A stretch of 64,000 bases of DNA from Mobula birostris (GCF_030028105.1 NC_092383.1:87749921-87813920); one strand, 5' to 3'; shown: positions 25,790 through 39,800, counted from the stretch's first letter. Made by a program: numbers and translations. Notes: generated from the sequence alone by a model not told the origin.

Positions 25790-28090
25790 ATTCAATACTC
25801 TCAGCAATATTAAAATGCCAAATGCTTCGAGTTTTCCTTGTGAAGAATTAAACACAATAACATTGATATAGATCAACAATTTTCATAAAAATCCTGTAAA
25901 GGGGCCGGAATTTTTGACAGAAGATAAAACATACCTCTTTCAGAAAGGAGATATCACAAAAGATCCATCAAAATATCATCCTATTAGTTGTTTACAAACT
26001 ATATATAAAATTGTAATACTGTATACCTTGCAATTAATCACCACTCATTTACAGTAGATAACCACAATATACTTACAGAAGAGCAGAAAGGATGCCATAA
26101 TGGGATGAAAGGATGCAAAGAACAACTGATAATAGATTCTGTAATTCTAAATCAGGCTTGATGGAAAAGCAGAAATATTTCTTATTGTTATATTGACTAC
26201 TAAAAAGCATTTGATTCAGTTCAACATTCATGATTAATAGCAGTTCTTAAAATATATATAAACTACACCCAATACATATGAAACATCTGATGAAGTGCTG
26301 GCGTATTAGAATCACCCTTCCATTTACAACCAAAAATCAAAATAAACCGAGGCAACTACCAGGGTGACTCTAAACCCACTGTAGTTTTGTCTAGCTTTAA
26401 CCCCACTCTCCAATTTACCAAATCGGATGAAAATTCAGTATCTCATCAGAAATAACCAAATGAATTATACCTTGATACTTCTTCCACGTGTGGACGAATT
26501 GAAATTATATCCTCCTTCATCAGCAATAACAAAATGGAAATCAGAGCATAAGGATACAATAAAACTGATGGAGGAATATGAAACATATTACTATCTGGGA
26601 TATCAACAAGCAAAGAAAATCAATCAATAAGAGGAAAAATTTCAATTGAATTTACTTCAAGACTTAAGAAAATCTGCCAAATAGAGCTCAACAGTAGAAA
26701 TATAACAAAGGCAATAATAACTTTAACTTTACCCATATTAATGTATTCTTTTGGCATAATATTTTGGTCCAAAATCCAGAAAATTTACAAGGAAAAATAA
26801 GAACTGAAATGACAAGTTTTAGAAAACACTATGTTCCTGGGACAGAAGGAAGAAGAAGAATAACAGACGTAAAACATTTGCACAACTGTTAGATAAAACT
26901 TCCCAGTATACATTTCTAGTCAAAGAGAACAGGATTCAGCACTCCATGCAAGCACACGCAATTCTGGCAAGAAGTATACACCACTAAACTTAAATAAAAG
27001 CACAACCCGGAAAAATAAAGAAATTATCAGTACAGAAGAAAAGATGCCCTCCCTGCAAGACAGCCCTACAATGTGAGCATACTAGATGACAAGGAAATGT
27101 CGAATGACTGGCTTAGAGTTGGAGACCTCTTCCCAAAAGCAGAAGGGTTCCTTGTTATAATACAGGATCAGGTGGTCAACAAAAAATGTTCAAAAATACT
27201 AAATATAAAACCAATAAATTGAAGACGATAAATGCAGAAAATGCCAAGAGAAACCAGAAACAATCCAACATATTACAAGATCCTGCAGCAATTTATCTCA
27301 ATCTGATTATTTACACAGGCACAATCAGGAGGCAAACATCATTTACCAAAATCCTGCTTTAAAGTACAAACTCATAAAAGAAACTACACCTTACTATAGT
27401 GGGCGCGTGGGCAAGTAGTTAAGGCATCGGTCTAGTGATCTAAAAGTCACTAGTTCGAGCCTCAGCTGAGGCAGCGTGTTGTGTCCTTGAGCAAGGCACA
27501 TTGCTCTGCATCGACACCAACGCCAAGCTGTATCGGCCCTAGTGCCCTTCCCTTGGACAACATCGGTGGCGTGGAGAGGGGAGACATGTAGCATGGGCAA
27601 CTGCCAGTCTTCCATATAACCTTGCCCAGGCCTGCGCCCTGGAAACCTTCCAAGGCTCAAATCCATGGTCTCATGAGACTAATGGATGCCTATAAATAAA
27701 CCTTACTTTATATACAAATTTGATCCAGTTTTAGAGTCAGAGTCCCACAAAATATATTACAACTGATCTGTTATCACAGATAGGACAATCCATAATAATT
27801 GTCTAGATATAATAATACAGGGTAAACAAGCAAGAACAACTTACTTAATAGATATAGCCATTCCAAACACAAATAACACACCGAAATTAGTAAGTGAAAA
27901 ACATCTGAGATATGCTGAATTAAAAGAGGAAATTGAAAGACTGGAACACGTACAGTGTATAGATCCTCCCAATAATAATATCTACAACCGGTATCTTCCC
28001 TGGTCATTATACAATAGCATTAAACAATTAAGGTAACACAGCTACATTTATGTAAATCTTCAGAAAGCCACAAAAGTAAACACCAAAGGA
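25790..28090 (+). mobile_element. R4/Dong-clade (REL endonuclease) non-LTR retrotransposon, degenerate and 5'-truncated
   Basis: RT motifs EEQKGC..G.KGCKEQLIIDSVIL and Y.KAFDSV; zinc knuckle CRKCQEKPETIQHITRSC (CX2CX8HX4C); RHNQ; REL-like ITDRTIHNN..DII...YLIDIAIP. Very AT-rich. Confidence 0.8.
27399..27699 (+). mobile_element. tRNA-derived SINE inserted in the R4 element
   Basis: A/B-box-like head (GTGGGCAAGTAGTT, AGTTCGAGCC); probable 11-bp TSD ACCTTACTATA / ACCTTACTTTA. Confidence 0.8.
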
Positions 28091-28099
28091 ACCATCCCA

Positions 28100-31000
28100 A
28101 AATTCCTAGTAATTGAGAAATGAGGCTGCATGCCTGTGGTTTTACCACAGGTTTTACCAGATTGAGGTGTTGTGCTTGGAGTGCCAGCTGTGGGGACCCT
28201 GGGATACTCCCAGCCTCCCCAAGGATTACATCTGCACCAGGTGCATTGAGATGAGGCTCCTTAAGGACCATGTTGGGGATCTGGAGCTGCAACTTGATGA
28301 CCTTCAGCTAATTAGGGAAAGTGAGGAGGTGATTGATAATACCTACAGAGAGATAGTGGACAGCACCTCTGTGACAGTCCGCCTCAGAAATCGATACATC
28401 GTTTTAGATACTGTTGGAGAGATAGACTTGACAGAGGAAAACCACAGCGAACAGAACTCTGGCACTCTGCCCAGTGCCGTGATCAAGAGAGCAAGGAGAA
28501 ATGCAGTATGTATAGGGGATTCCATAGTGAGGGGAACAGACAAGAAATTCTGCGAGCTGGACAAGGATACCCGGATGATATGTTGTCTCCCTAGTGCCAG
28601 AAACAGGATGTCTCAGATCAGGCCCAGAGTATTCAGAGGATAGAGGGCGAGCAGCCAGAGGTCTTGGTACATGTTGGTACCAATGACATAGGCAGAAAAA
28701 GAGAGGAGGTCCTGAAGGAAGATTACTGGGAGCTAGGAAGAAAATTGAAAAGCCGGACCTCCAGGGTAATATTCTCGGGATTACTGCCTGAGCCACGCGA
28801 TAATGAAGGCAAGAATAGCAGAATTAAGCAGATGAATGTGTGGCTAAGTAACTGGTGCAGGGGGCAGGGCTTCAAATTCTTGGATGATTGGGATCTATTT
28901 TGGGGGAGGTATGACTGATACAAAAACGATGGGTTATACCTGAACTCGAAGGGTACTAATATCCTGGCGGGATTGTTTAATATAGCTGCTAGGGAGGGTT
29001 TAAATTAAGTTGGCGGGGGGAAGGGAACCAGGGTGTTAGGGTCGAGGAAGAGGAAAATAGAAAGAAGTCAAAAATACTATGCAGCAAAGATGGCAAGAAG
29101 GAAAGGCAGGTGATTAGACAGGATAATTTGCTGTGTGATAGAAATATAGCAAAATCGGTAACAGATAGTGATCTAAGTGTACTGTACTTGAATGCACGCA
29201 GCATTAGAAATAAAGTGGATGACCTTGTTGTACAGCTACAGGTTAAAAGATATGGCATTGAGGCCATCACCGAGTCATGGCTGAATGATGGATGTGATTG
29301 GGAGCTGAATATCCCAGGATACACAGTGTACAGGAAGGATAGGAAGGTAGGTAAAGGGGGTGGCGTGGCCCTGATGGTAAGCAATGATATCAAATCACGA
29401 GAAAGAAGGGACATAGGATCAGAAGAGGTAGAATCCTTATGGGCGAGTTAAGAAATGGCAAGGGTAAAAAGACACTAATAGCAGTTATATACAGGCCTCC
29501 AAACAGCAGCCGGGATGTGGACGACAAGATACAGCTGGAAGTAGAAAAAGCGTGTCAGAAGGAAAATGTCAAGATAATTATGGGGGATTTTAATATGAAA
29601 GTGGATTGGGAAAGTCAGGAAGGTACTGGATCTCAGGAGAGGAAGTTTGTAGAATGCCTATGGGATGGCTTTTTGGAGCAGCTTGTCCATAAGCCCACCA
29701 GGGGATTGGGTGCTGTGTAATGAACCTGAGGCGATTAGGGAGCTGGAGGTAATAGAACCCCTTGGAAGTAGTGATCATAATATGATTGAGTTCAGTTTCA
29801 AATTTGAAAAGGAGAAGCTGGTATCAGGTGTATCGATATTTCAGTGGAACAAAGGAAATTACAGTGGTATGAGAGAGGAACTGGCCAAAGTCAATTGGAA
29901 AAGTAAGTTAGATGGAGGGACAGTAGAGCAGAATTGGATGAAGTTTCTACAAGAAATAAGGAAAGTGCAGGAAAAATATATTCCAAGAAAAAAGAAAATC
30001 ATGAATGGAAAACTGGCACAAATGTGGCTAACGAGAGAGGTTATGGCTAAAATAAAAGCAAAAGAGACGGCGTACAAGGAAACAAAAATTAGTCAGAAAA
30101 CTGAGGACTGGATGACTTTTAAAAACTTACAGAAGGAAACTAAGAAAGTCATCAGGAAAGAAAAGATGAATTATGAAAGGAAGTTGGCAATTAACATAAA
30201 AAAGGATACTAAGAGTTTTTTTTAAATATATGAAGAGTAAAAGAGTGACACGAGTAGATATGGGACCGATTGAAAATGATGCTGGAGATATTATAATGGG
30301 AAACAAAGAGATGGCAGAGGAACTAAATGAGTATTTTGCATCAGCACTCACAGTGGAAGACATGAGCAATATACCTGATAGCCAGAGGTTTCAGGGAATA
30401 GAATTAGGCACAGTCAAGTTTACTAGAGAGAAAGTGCTTGAGAAGCTAAATGAACTAAGAATAGATAAGTCTCCCGGACCGGATGAGGTGCACTCACAGG
30501 TTCTGAAGGAGGTGGCTTTGGAGATTGTGGAGGCATTAGAAATGATCTTCTAGGAATCAATAGACTCTGGCATGGTTCCGGAGGACTGGAAGATCGCAAA
30601 TGTAGTTCCGTGGTTTAAGAAAGGAGGGAGGCAGCAAAAAGAAAATTATAGACTTATTAGTCTGACATTAGTAGTTGGAAAGTTATTGGAGTCGATCCTC
30701 AAGGACGAGGTTATAAAATACCTCGAGGTGTATGACAAGATAGGCCCAAGCCAGAATGGTTTCATGAAGGGAAGATCCTGCCTCACCAACCTATTGGAAT
30801 TTTTTGAGGTAATCTCAAATAAGATATACAAGGGAGAGGCTGTGGATGTTGTGTATTTAGATTTTCAAAAGGCCTTCAATAAGGTGCCGCATAAGAGGCT
30901 GTTTAATAAGATGAGAGCCCATGGAATTACAGGAAAGATATTGGAATGGGTGGAGAATTGGCTGATAGGCAGAAAGCAAAGGGTGAGAATAAAAGGATCC

Positions 31001-32040
31001 TATTCTGATTGGTTGCCGATTACTAGTGGTGTTCCACAGGGGTCAGTGTTGGGGCCGCTTCTTTTACAATGTATATCAATGATTTAGATTATGGATTAAA
31101 TGGTTTTGTGGCTAAGTTTGCGGATGACACCAAGATAGGTGGAGGAGCAGGAAGTGTTGAAGAAATGGAAAGGTTGCAGAGAGACTTGGTCAGTTTAGGA
31201 GAGTAGACAAAGAAATAGCAGATGAGATACAATGTTGAGAAATGTACGGTTGTACATTTTGGAAGAGGAAGTAATTGGGCAGATTATTTAGATGGGGAGA
31301 AAATTCAAAAATCGAAAGTGCAAAGGGACTTGGGGGTCCTCGTGCAGGATACCCTAAAGGTTAACCACCAGGTTGGATCAGCAGTAAGGAAAGCAAATAC
31401 CATGTTGGCATTCATTTCAAGAGGAATAGTGTATAAGAGTAAGGAGATGTTGATGAGGCTCTATGGGGAACTAGTGAGGCCTCATTTGGAATACTGTGTG
31501 CAGTTTTGGGCCCCCTGTCTTGGAAGGAATGTACTGATGTTGCAGAGAGTTCAGAGAAGATTTATGAGGGTGATTCCTGGAATGCAGGGACTAACATATG
31601 AGGAGCGTTTGTCGGTTCTTGGACTGTATTCATTACAGAAAAATGAGAGGGGATCTCATAGAAACATTTCGAATGTTGAAAGGGTTGGACAGAGTAGATG
31701 TGGAAAGGCCATTTGCCTTAGTGCGTGAGTCCAGGACAAGAGGCCACAGTCTTAGAATTAGAGGGTACCCGTTTAAAACAGAGATGAGGAGAAATTTTTT
31801 TAGCCAGAGGGTCGTGGATTTATGGAATTCGTTGCCACATACAGCTGTGGAGGCCTGATCATTGAGGGTGTTTAAGGAGGACATTGATAGGCATCTAATT
31901 AGTCAGGGTATCAAGGGATATGGGGAAAAAGCCAGAAATTGGAACTAGGTGGGCGAATAGTTTAGTTCATGGTGGAGTAGCACAGCAGACTCGATGGGCC
32001 AAATGGCCTACTTCTGCTCCTTTGTCTTGTGATCTTGTGA
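28100..32040 (+). mobile_element. Near full-length CR1 (ORF1 zinc finger + SGNH esterase; ORF2 APE + RT), inactivated
   Basis: ORF1: CLEC...CTRC, GDSIVRG, HVGTND. ORF2: [35 protein letters not shown]. Multiple stops and frameshifts; TCTTGTGA tail. Confidence 0.95.
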
Positions 32041-32576
32041 GAAAAATTGAAACTACAATCATAATAACAATAAATATCAAAAACACAAGTTGTAGGGTCC
32101 TTAAAAGTGAGTCCAAAGGTTGTGGATCAGTTCAGTGTTGGTGAGTGAAGTTATCCCCATTGGTTCAAGAGCCTTATGGTTGAGAGGTAATACCTGTTCT
32201 TGAACCTGGTAGTGTGGGACCTGAGGTTCCTGTAACACCTTCTGATGGGAACACCAAGATGAGACCATGGCCTGGATGTTGGGGATCCTTGAAGATGGGC
32301 CAACTTTTTCCCACAGAGGTTGGTGAATCCAGGGAATGAGCTGCAAGACATGATTGAGACAGGTACATGTATCATTTAGGATGCACTTGGATAGGTACTG
32401 GATGGGGAAGGCTTAGAGGAATATGGTCCAAACACAGGAAATTAGGACTAGGGACTAGCTGGATGGGCCCAGTGGCCAGCATGGACTAGATGGGCTGATG
32501 GGACTGTGTCCATGTTGTATTGCTCAATGGCAATTTGTCTTCGTGTATAAATACTTATATCTCCTCCATCCATCAG

Positions 32577-32684
32577 GAACGATGTGCCAAAATTTCATCA
32601 TTTTTGGAATGTGACCCGCTGGGTACTCTTCATAGCCTTGGTTCTTTGCACAGTTTCGATACATTACATGACAGCCTTTCAAAG
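32577..32684 (+). CDS. Gene A transmembrane exon (R)NDVPKFHHFWNVTRWVLFIALVLCTVSIHYMTAFQ(R)
   Basis: Acceptor CCATCCATCAG|, donor AAG|GTATAT, phase 2 to 2, 108 nt, homologous to 56249-56356. Hydrophobic helix containing an Arg. Confidence 0.88.
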
Positions 32685-33399
32685 GTATATCGTTTCCAAT
32701 TTCTTCACGTCCAGCAGTTCAGGAGTTCTGTGAATATCCTCGGGAAATTACAACAAAATGTCACAGAAGAGATTATAATCTGCAGATTAAATATTATTCA
32801 TGGAGTGAAACGGCAGTGGTAACACACAAATGGTTAAATGGTTGCGCAATTTGTATTTTGCGTGTGTGGGGTTTGATGTCATTGTTCCAATTTGCATGAT
32901 AGGTTTTTTGTGCATGGGGGGCAGGGGGTTGATGTTCTTGATGTCGTTTGCACAATATTTTCTTTCTTTGCCCGTAGAGCAGTATGTTACAGTTTGTTGC
33001 CTTCTGCATGATTTTTTTTGGCATCTTTGAAGGGGTTTTGACGTTCTTGTTGCTGTTTAGTTAATTTGGGTTTATTGTGTGTGTCGATGTTTTTCTTTGA
33101 ACTACATCCATGGTCTTCGTTTTGCAGCTGTCTGGAGAAGACAAATCTCAGGGTTGTATCCTGCATACATAACTTTGAAAATAACTATATTTTGAATACT
33201 GAAATGGTTGAAATTCATGTTCAAAGGCACCGTATTTGATGGATAATATAGGGTTTGTTAACTGCTTTTAATTCTGATGTAATGTCACTGCACTTTATGT
33301 TTACATTTGCAGTGTCACAGAGCAGGCACAGCAGTTAAGAATATAGAAACCATGTCACATACACCAAAGAGTCTCCTTACCTAGTCTGCAGTACACTCA

Positions 33400-33940
33400 T
33401 TAGACCACAAAACATAGAAGAATTAGAGCATTTAGCCCATCTACTCCATCGTTCAATCATGCCTGATTTACTATCCCTCTCAAGCCCATTCTCTCACCTT
33501 CTTCCTGTAACATATGACACCCATTCTCACCAGGAAGCTATCAACCTTCACTTTAAATATACCCAATAAGCTGGCTTCCGCAGCCATCTGTGGCAATGAG
33601 TTCCACAGATTCACCACCCTCCATATGACTAAAGAAATTTCTCCTCATCTCTTTTCCAAAGTGACTTCCTTCTATTCAGAAGCCGATCCTTCTGGTCCTG
33701 GTCTCCCCCACTATAGGAAGCTTCGTCTCCATGTCCACTCTATCAAGGTCTTTCAATATTCAATAATTTTCAATGAGATTCCCCTGCCCCCCCATTCTTC
33801 TAAAACCCAGCGAGTAAAGGCACTGAACCATCACATGCTCCTCGTACATTGACCCTTTCATTCCTGGGATCATTTTTGTGAACATCGTCCAGACCCTCTC
33901 CGATTCAAGCACATCCTTTCTTCGAAAAGGGGCCGAAAAC
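33400..33940 (-). mobile_element. CR1 3' fragment
   Basis: Reverse complement of CR1 RT C-terminus and 3' UTR. Confidence 0.8.
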
Positions 33941-34269
33941 TACTCATAATTACCAAACTACAGCTTATACCCAATATAATCTCACCCCACTACATGCCTC
34001 CCAAGCTCCTAATGGGACGTCACTCACAATTACCACAGCAAACCAATCAGTCCTTCACTGCTCCATCCAACCTCCAGCTCAGACCACAACCATGACCCAT
34101 TACACTGCATACCTTGATAGCTACTTACATTCACAGCATCAAACATGCAAGGCCCTGCCAGTGCCTACATGAAGAAATTATCACTGGAGTATCTTGAAAA
34201 GAAATATCATCAACATCGATGCTTCTTGTCACCTCTCAATCCCTAAAGTCTGATTTTCTGTTTTTCTAG

Positions 34270-34381
34270 ATGGGCTGGTGGGAAGGCACAAGAACAACAA
34301 AGCAAGAAAGGAGAACTACAGAAAAACAAGACCCATTGCTCACAAAATTCATCCAAAATTACCAGCAGCATTTCGATTTGA
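34270..34381 (+). CDS. Gene A terminal cytoplasmic exon (R)WAGGKAQEQQSKKGELQKNKTHCSQNSSKITSSISI*
   Basis: Acceptor TTTTCTGTTTTTCTAG| is identical to that at 57375. Phase 2 matches the TM exon. Open to TGA at 34379-34381; contains no Tyr. Confidence 0.7.
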
Positions 34382-34924
34382 ACTCACAATCTGATCCCTA
34401 TATGCTAAAATATTTACCTTTATTACTGGATGCAACTTTGTGAAAAACCCAGCACAATCAATGCTACTAATGTGTTTAAAATGTTTTTTCAAGTTTATTG
34501 CATTTTCCTAACACCTTCAATGTGATTGTAAAGGCCAAAGGCCCTCAACAGCATCATTGTTTGGCAATGTTTGTCATTGATTCACATGTGACCAAGGCCT
34601 CACCAATCAGGTGGAACTTAAATGAGCATTTAAAGTGGGAATGAAGGGGAAAGTTAGAGAGCAGTAGAGAAGAAATTCCAGAGCTCAGGATTTGGGCTAC
34701 AGAAGGTACGGCAACCAGAGGAATAACAGTTAAATTCAGGGATGATCAAGAGTCCAGAGCTGGAAGTTTCCATGTATTTCAGAGCTTTGAGAGATGCCAA
34801 GTGCCCCATTTAGTAAGGGATCATCTCTAGCTGAAAGGGATTTTGTGAGCAAAGTGTCAATTCCACTGTGAAACTAGTGTGTTAGATCTCTGTATCCCCA
34901 GGACAGCTACAGCCCCATCGTGGC

Positions 34925-35325
34925 TATCCCTCGAGGTTGAGGATGATGGTCTTTGTTCTGAAGAAGTGGCCCACAGAACGAAAATGCCTGTGTGTGTATT
35001 TTTTTAACGTGTACTTGATGTTGCACTCCAAGAAGCACACGATACTTCACAAATCAACCAACTGATTCCAATGGCATGGAAACCACGACGATTGGAGCTG
35101 ATGGATTTGTTGCAGCCTTCATCTGTCTTCACAGCCGTTGAGTTCAAAGTAACTTTGTCTGCCTGTTCCACCATTGAGGTCTTGGGTGGATTGTTCTTTG
35201 TCAGGGACCTCATCCTTGACCTTACCGCCATGAGTGACCCTACCAGGAGCATAGCTCCAGACGGCATTGCTCTCGGGATCACAGGACCACACAAGCTTCT
35301 CCACCACGACGAGGTGACAATCCAC
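34925..35325 (-). mobile_element. RTE-related non-autonomous retroelement
   Basis: Minus strand GGAGCTATGCTCCTGGTAGGGTCACTCATGGCGGTAAGGTCAAG; related to 5060-5475. Confidence 0.6.
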
Positions 35326-36819
35326 TAAGAAGCTACAGCCCCACAGAATGAGTGAACAGTGACTTCACACCTGTTAACCCAGATGAGCAGGAGGATCATT
35401 TGGGAGGCTGCAGCTAAAGAACCAACATAGGGACAATATTTCCTCAACGACACTCCAGAGCCCATAGCATGTTCAATGTCAGCTCCACTTCACAAAATTG
35501 ACTGGACAATCTCTCTTGAAATTCTGGAAACAGATACATTGGATGCTGGACCCAAAGCCCCAACAATATCAGGTCAGGCCATCAGGAAGCAGTCTGGGTT
35601 GGCCTTGTCTACTGCTGGAGCTACTTGCCATTCCGATGCAGTCAATTAAAGATGTCCCTCGGATTGGGAAATTCTAAGTACTCCTTCCTGGATGGTACAA
35701 GGGGTTGACAAAGATCTGTGAAAACAGCTGATAATTTCTCAGTAACACACACAACTGCGGTTTTGAGATGGACAGGAAGGAAACATGCCTGATTTTCTGA
35801 TCTTGGGAGACTGGGAATCATTTTCCTCTGCCATTAAAGGGGCAATACATCTTTGCATGAAAGCAGTTCAAATATGAACTTCAGAATCAGTTTTAATATC
35901 GCTGGCAGATGTCCTGAAATATGTTGTTTTGTGGCAGTAGCACAGTGCAATACATAAAAGCACAATAAGTTATAATATGTAATAATTAGTGCAAAATTTA
36001 AAGAGTAGTGTGATGGGTGCTCCTCGTTCCTTAGTGCCCTGGCTGCTTGTGCTCCAAGCTTACTAATATAATGAAATGATAAAGCGAGTCTTTGGATCTT
36101 CTCTGGGCTGTTCCGGCATTCAGATCTGAGGACCCAGTTTGGTTTGGAATGTTGTTCAATCCAACCATTTATATGATTTGTGGTTTTTTTTCTTTCCCTT
36201 GTACATCATTCATTGGTCTTTTTTTTCTTTAATTTGGGTCTTTTGGGTTCCTCGTTTTGAGGCTACCTGTGAGATTCTTTGATAGTGAATCTACTTTGAA
36301 TCTTTGAAAGACAGAGCCAAAAAATAAAATATATATATATATATATATTGCATTGGTGTACATGGGTTTTGTATGGTGTGGGGATCAGTATTAGTTTAAT
36401 GAGGTTATCTTATTTTCCACATTATTCTTTCATTTATGTACTTCTATGGTGACATCTGCCTGGAAGACACGCAATGTTTTTCAGTGACAATTAACCAATA
36501 TCATATCACATTCGCTAGTGTTCAGGAGAGACCAGCCAGCAAATCCTGTATAATATTTACTAACTCCTCATTCACCTATTACACACAAAGTCCACAGCTT
36601 CGGGAGATATTCGACCCATTGATTCTGTTCAGAACTGTGGTGGTTGTAGCCTCGCCAATATCAAGATGAACCCACAACAAGCCATTCTCATCTCCTGTCT
36701 GTCATTCAGAGAACACAATGTTGGCAAACCTCATGAAAGCAGGTTAACATATAGGAAGATGCAGGATGAGGAAGACATTGTAGACAAGTGGAAAGATATA
36801 AAACTGAACCATTGCGGTC

Positions 36820-39800
36820 TCAGCAGAATATGTAGTCGGAAGCAGGTCGTTGGGTGACAGTCAGAGGGGGGAAAGCGAAGGTGAGCAGACAGGTAGTGCA
36901 GAACACCCCTGTAGCCATTCCCCTGAATAATAAGTTTACCGTCCTGGATACTGTTGGCGGGGACGACCGACCAGGTATGAGCCACGGTGGCAGGGCCTCC
37001 GGCACTGAGTCTGACCCTGTGGTGCAGAAGGGTGGGACGGAGAAGAGGAGAGCTGTCGTCATTGGAGACTCTACAGTCAGGGGAGCAGACAGGAGATTTT
37101 GGGGACGTGAGAAAGACACCCGCATGGTTTGTTGCCTCCCGGGTGCCAGAGTCTGGGATGTCTCTGACCAGGTGCACGACATCCTGGTACGAGAGGGAAA
37201 GCAACCAGAAGTCGTGATACATGTTGGGACCAACGACATAGGCAGGAAGAGGGATGAGGTCCTGAAGTGTGAGTTTCGGGAATTAGGCAGAAGGCTGAAG
37301 AACAAGACCTCAAATGTGACGTTCTCAGGATTGCTGCCAGTGCTACGTGACAGAGATGGTAAGAATTGGAGGAGATGGCAGTTGAATGCGTGGCTGAGGA
37401 GTTGGTGCAGGGAGCAGGGTTTTAGATTTTTAGATCATTGGGATCTCTTCTGGGGAAGGTGGGACCTGTACAGATTGGATGGGTTGCACCTGAAATCGAG
37501 GCAGAGCAATATCCTTGCAGGTAGGTTTGCTAGCATGGTTCAGGAGGGTTTAAACTAATTTGTGAGGGGGATGGGACCCAGAGCGATAGAGCAGTGAAAG
37601 AAGTGCATGGAGTAAAGCCAGATCTAACATACAGAGAGGCTTTGAGGAAAGAGAAGCAGAATAAATGGTGTAAAGACAGTAAGGTAGAAGGGCTGAAATG
37701 TGTGTACCTCAATGCAAGAAGCATCAGGAACAAAGGTGATGAACTGAGAGCTTGGATACATACATGGAATTATGATGTAGTGGCCATTACAGAGACTTGG
37801 CTGGCACCAGGGCAGGAATGGATTCTCAATATTCCTGGATTTCAGTGCTTTAAAAGGGATAGAGAGGGTGGAAAAAGGGGAGGAGGGGTGGCATTACTGG
37901 TCAGGGATACTATTACAGCTACAGAAAGGGTGGGTAATGTAGCAGGATCCTCTTTTGAGTCAATATGGGTGGAAGTCAGGAACAGGAAGGGAGCAGTTAC
38001 TCTACTGGGGGTATTCTATAGGCCCCCTGGTAGCAGCAGAGATAGAGGAGCAGACTGGGAGGCAGATTTTGGAAAGCTGCAAAAATAACAGGGTTGTTAT
38101 CATGGGTGACTAACTTCCCTAATATTGATTGGCACCTGATTAGTTCCAAGGGTTTAGATGGGGCAGAGTTTGTTAAGTGTGTCCAGGACGGATTCCTGTC
38201 ACAGTATGTGGACAGGCCGACCAGGGGGAATGCCATACTAGATCTAGTACTAGGTAATGAACCGGGTCAGGTCACAGATCTCTCAGTGGATGAGCATCTG
38301 GGGGACAATGACCACCGCTCCCTGGCCTTTATAATTATCATGGAAAAGGATAGAATCAAAGAGGACAGGAAAATTTTTAATTGGGGAAAGGCAAATTATG
38401 AGGCTATAAGGCTAGAATTTGCGGGTGTGAATTGGGATGATGTTTTTGCAGGGAAATGTACATGGCCATGTGGTCGATGTTTAGAGATCTCTTGCGGGAT
38501 GTAAGGGATAAATTTGTCCCGATGAGGAAGATAAAGAATGGTAGGGTGAAGGAACCATGGGTGACAAGTGAGGTGGAAAATCTAGTCAGGAGGAAGAAGG
38601 CAGCATACATGAGGTTTAGGAAGCAAGGATCAGCTGGGTCTATTGAGGAATATAGGGAAGCAAGAAAGGAGCTTAAGAAGGGGCTGAGAAGAGCAAGAAG
38701 GGGGCATGAGAAGGCCTTGGCGAGTAGGGTAAATGAAAACCCCAAGGCATTCTTCAATTATGTGAAGAAAAAAGGATGACAGGTGTGAAGGTAGGACCGA
38801 TTAGAGATAAAGGTGGGAAGATGTGCCTGGAGGCTGTGGAAGTGAGCGAGGTCCTCAATGAATACTTCTCTTCGGTATTCACCAATGAGAGGGAATTTGA
38901 TGATGGTGAGGACAATATGAGTGAGGTTGATGTTCTGGAGCATGCTGATATTAAGGGAGAGGAGGTGTTGGAGTTGTTAAAATACATTAGGACAGATAAG
39001 TCCCCGGGGTCTGACAGAATATTCCCCAGGCTGCTCCATGGGACGAGAGAAGAGATTGCTGAACCTCTGGCTAGGATCTTTATGTCCTCGTTGTCCACGG
39101 GAATGGTACCGGAGGATTGGAGGGAGGCGAATGTTGTTCCCTTGTTCAAAAAAGGTAGTAGGGATAGTCCGGGTAATTATAGACCAATGAGCCTTACGTC
39201 TGTGGTGGGAAAGCTGTTGGAAAAGGTTCTTAGAGATAGGATCTATAGGCATTCAGAGAATCATGGTCTAATCAGGGACAGTCAGCATGGCTTTGTGAAG
39301 GGCAGATCGTGTCTAACAAGCCTGATAGAGTTCTTTGAAGAGGTTACCAGGCATATAGATGAGGGTAGTGCAGTGGATGTGATCTATCCATTTGATAAAT
39401 AGTAAGGCATTTGACAAGGTTCCACACGGTAGGCTTATTCAGAAAGTTAGAAGGCATGGGATCCAGGGAAGTTTGGCCAGGTGGATTCAGAATTGGCTTC
39501 CCTGCAGAAGGCAGAGGGTGGTGGTGGAGGGAGTACATTCAGATTGGAGGATTGTGACTAGTGGTGTCCCACAAGGATCTGTTATGGGACCTCTACTTTT
39601 CGTGATTTTTATTAACGACCTGGATGTGGGGGTAGAAGGGTGGGTTGGCAAGTTTGCAGACGACACAAAGGTTGGTGGTGTTGTAGATAGTATAGAGGAT
39701 TGTCAAAGATTGCAGAGAGACATTGATAGGATGTAGAAGTGGGTTGAGAAGTGGCAGATGGAATTCAACCCGGAGAAGTGTGAGGTGGTACACTTTGGAA

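Larger units (their letters stand above)
15830..34381 (+). pseudogene. Gene A: CD300/pIgR-like (MDIR-like) single-V Ig receptor; probable pseudogene or null allele
   Basis: Exons 15830-15926, 17640-17953, 24558-24615, 32577-32684 and 34270-34381 all have AG/GT boundaries and are homologous to gene B exons. Only the V exon is disrupted (314 nt versus 324 nt). Confidence 0.85.

Noticed and set aside
27399-27475. tRNA gene (also the heads at 2395-2510, 8312 and 48220)
   Set aside because: These are SINE heads with Pol III boxes, continuing into SINE bodies; no complete cloverleaf.
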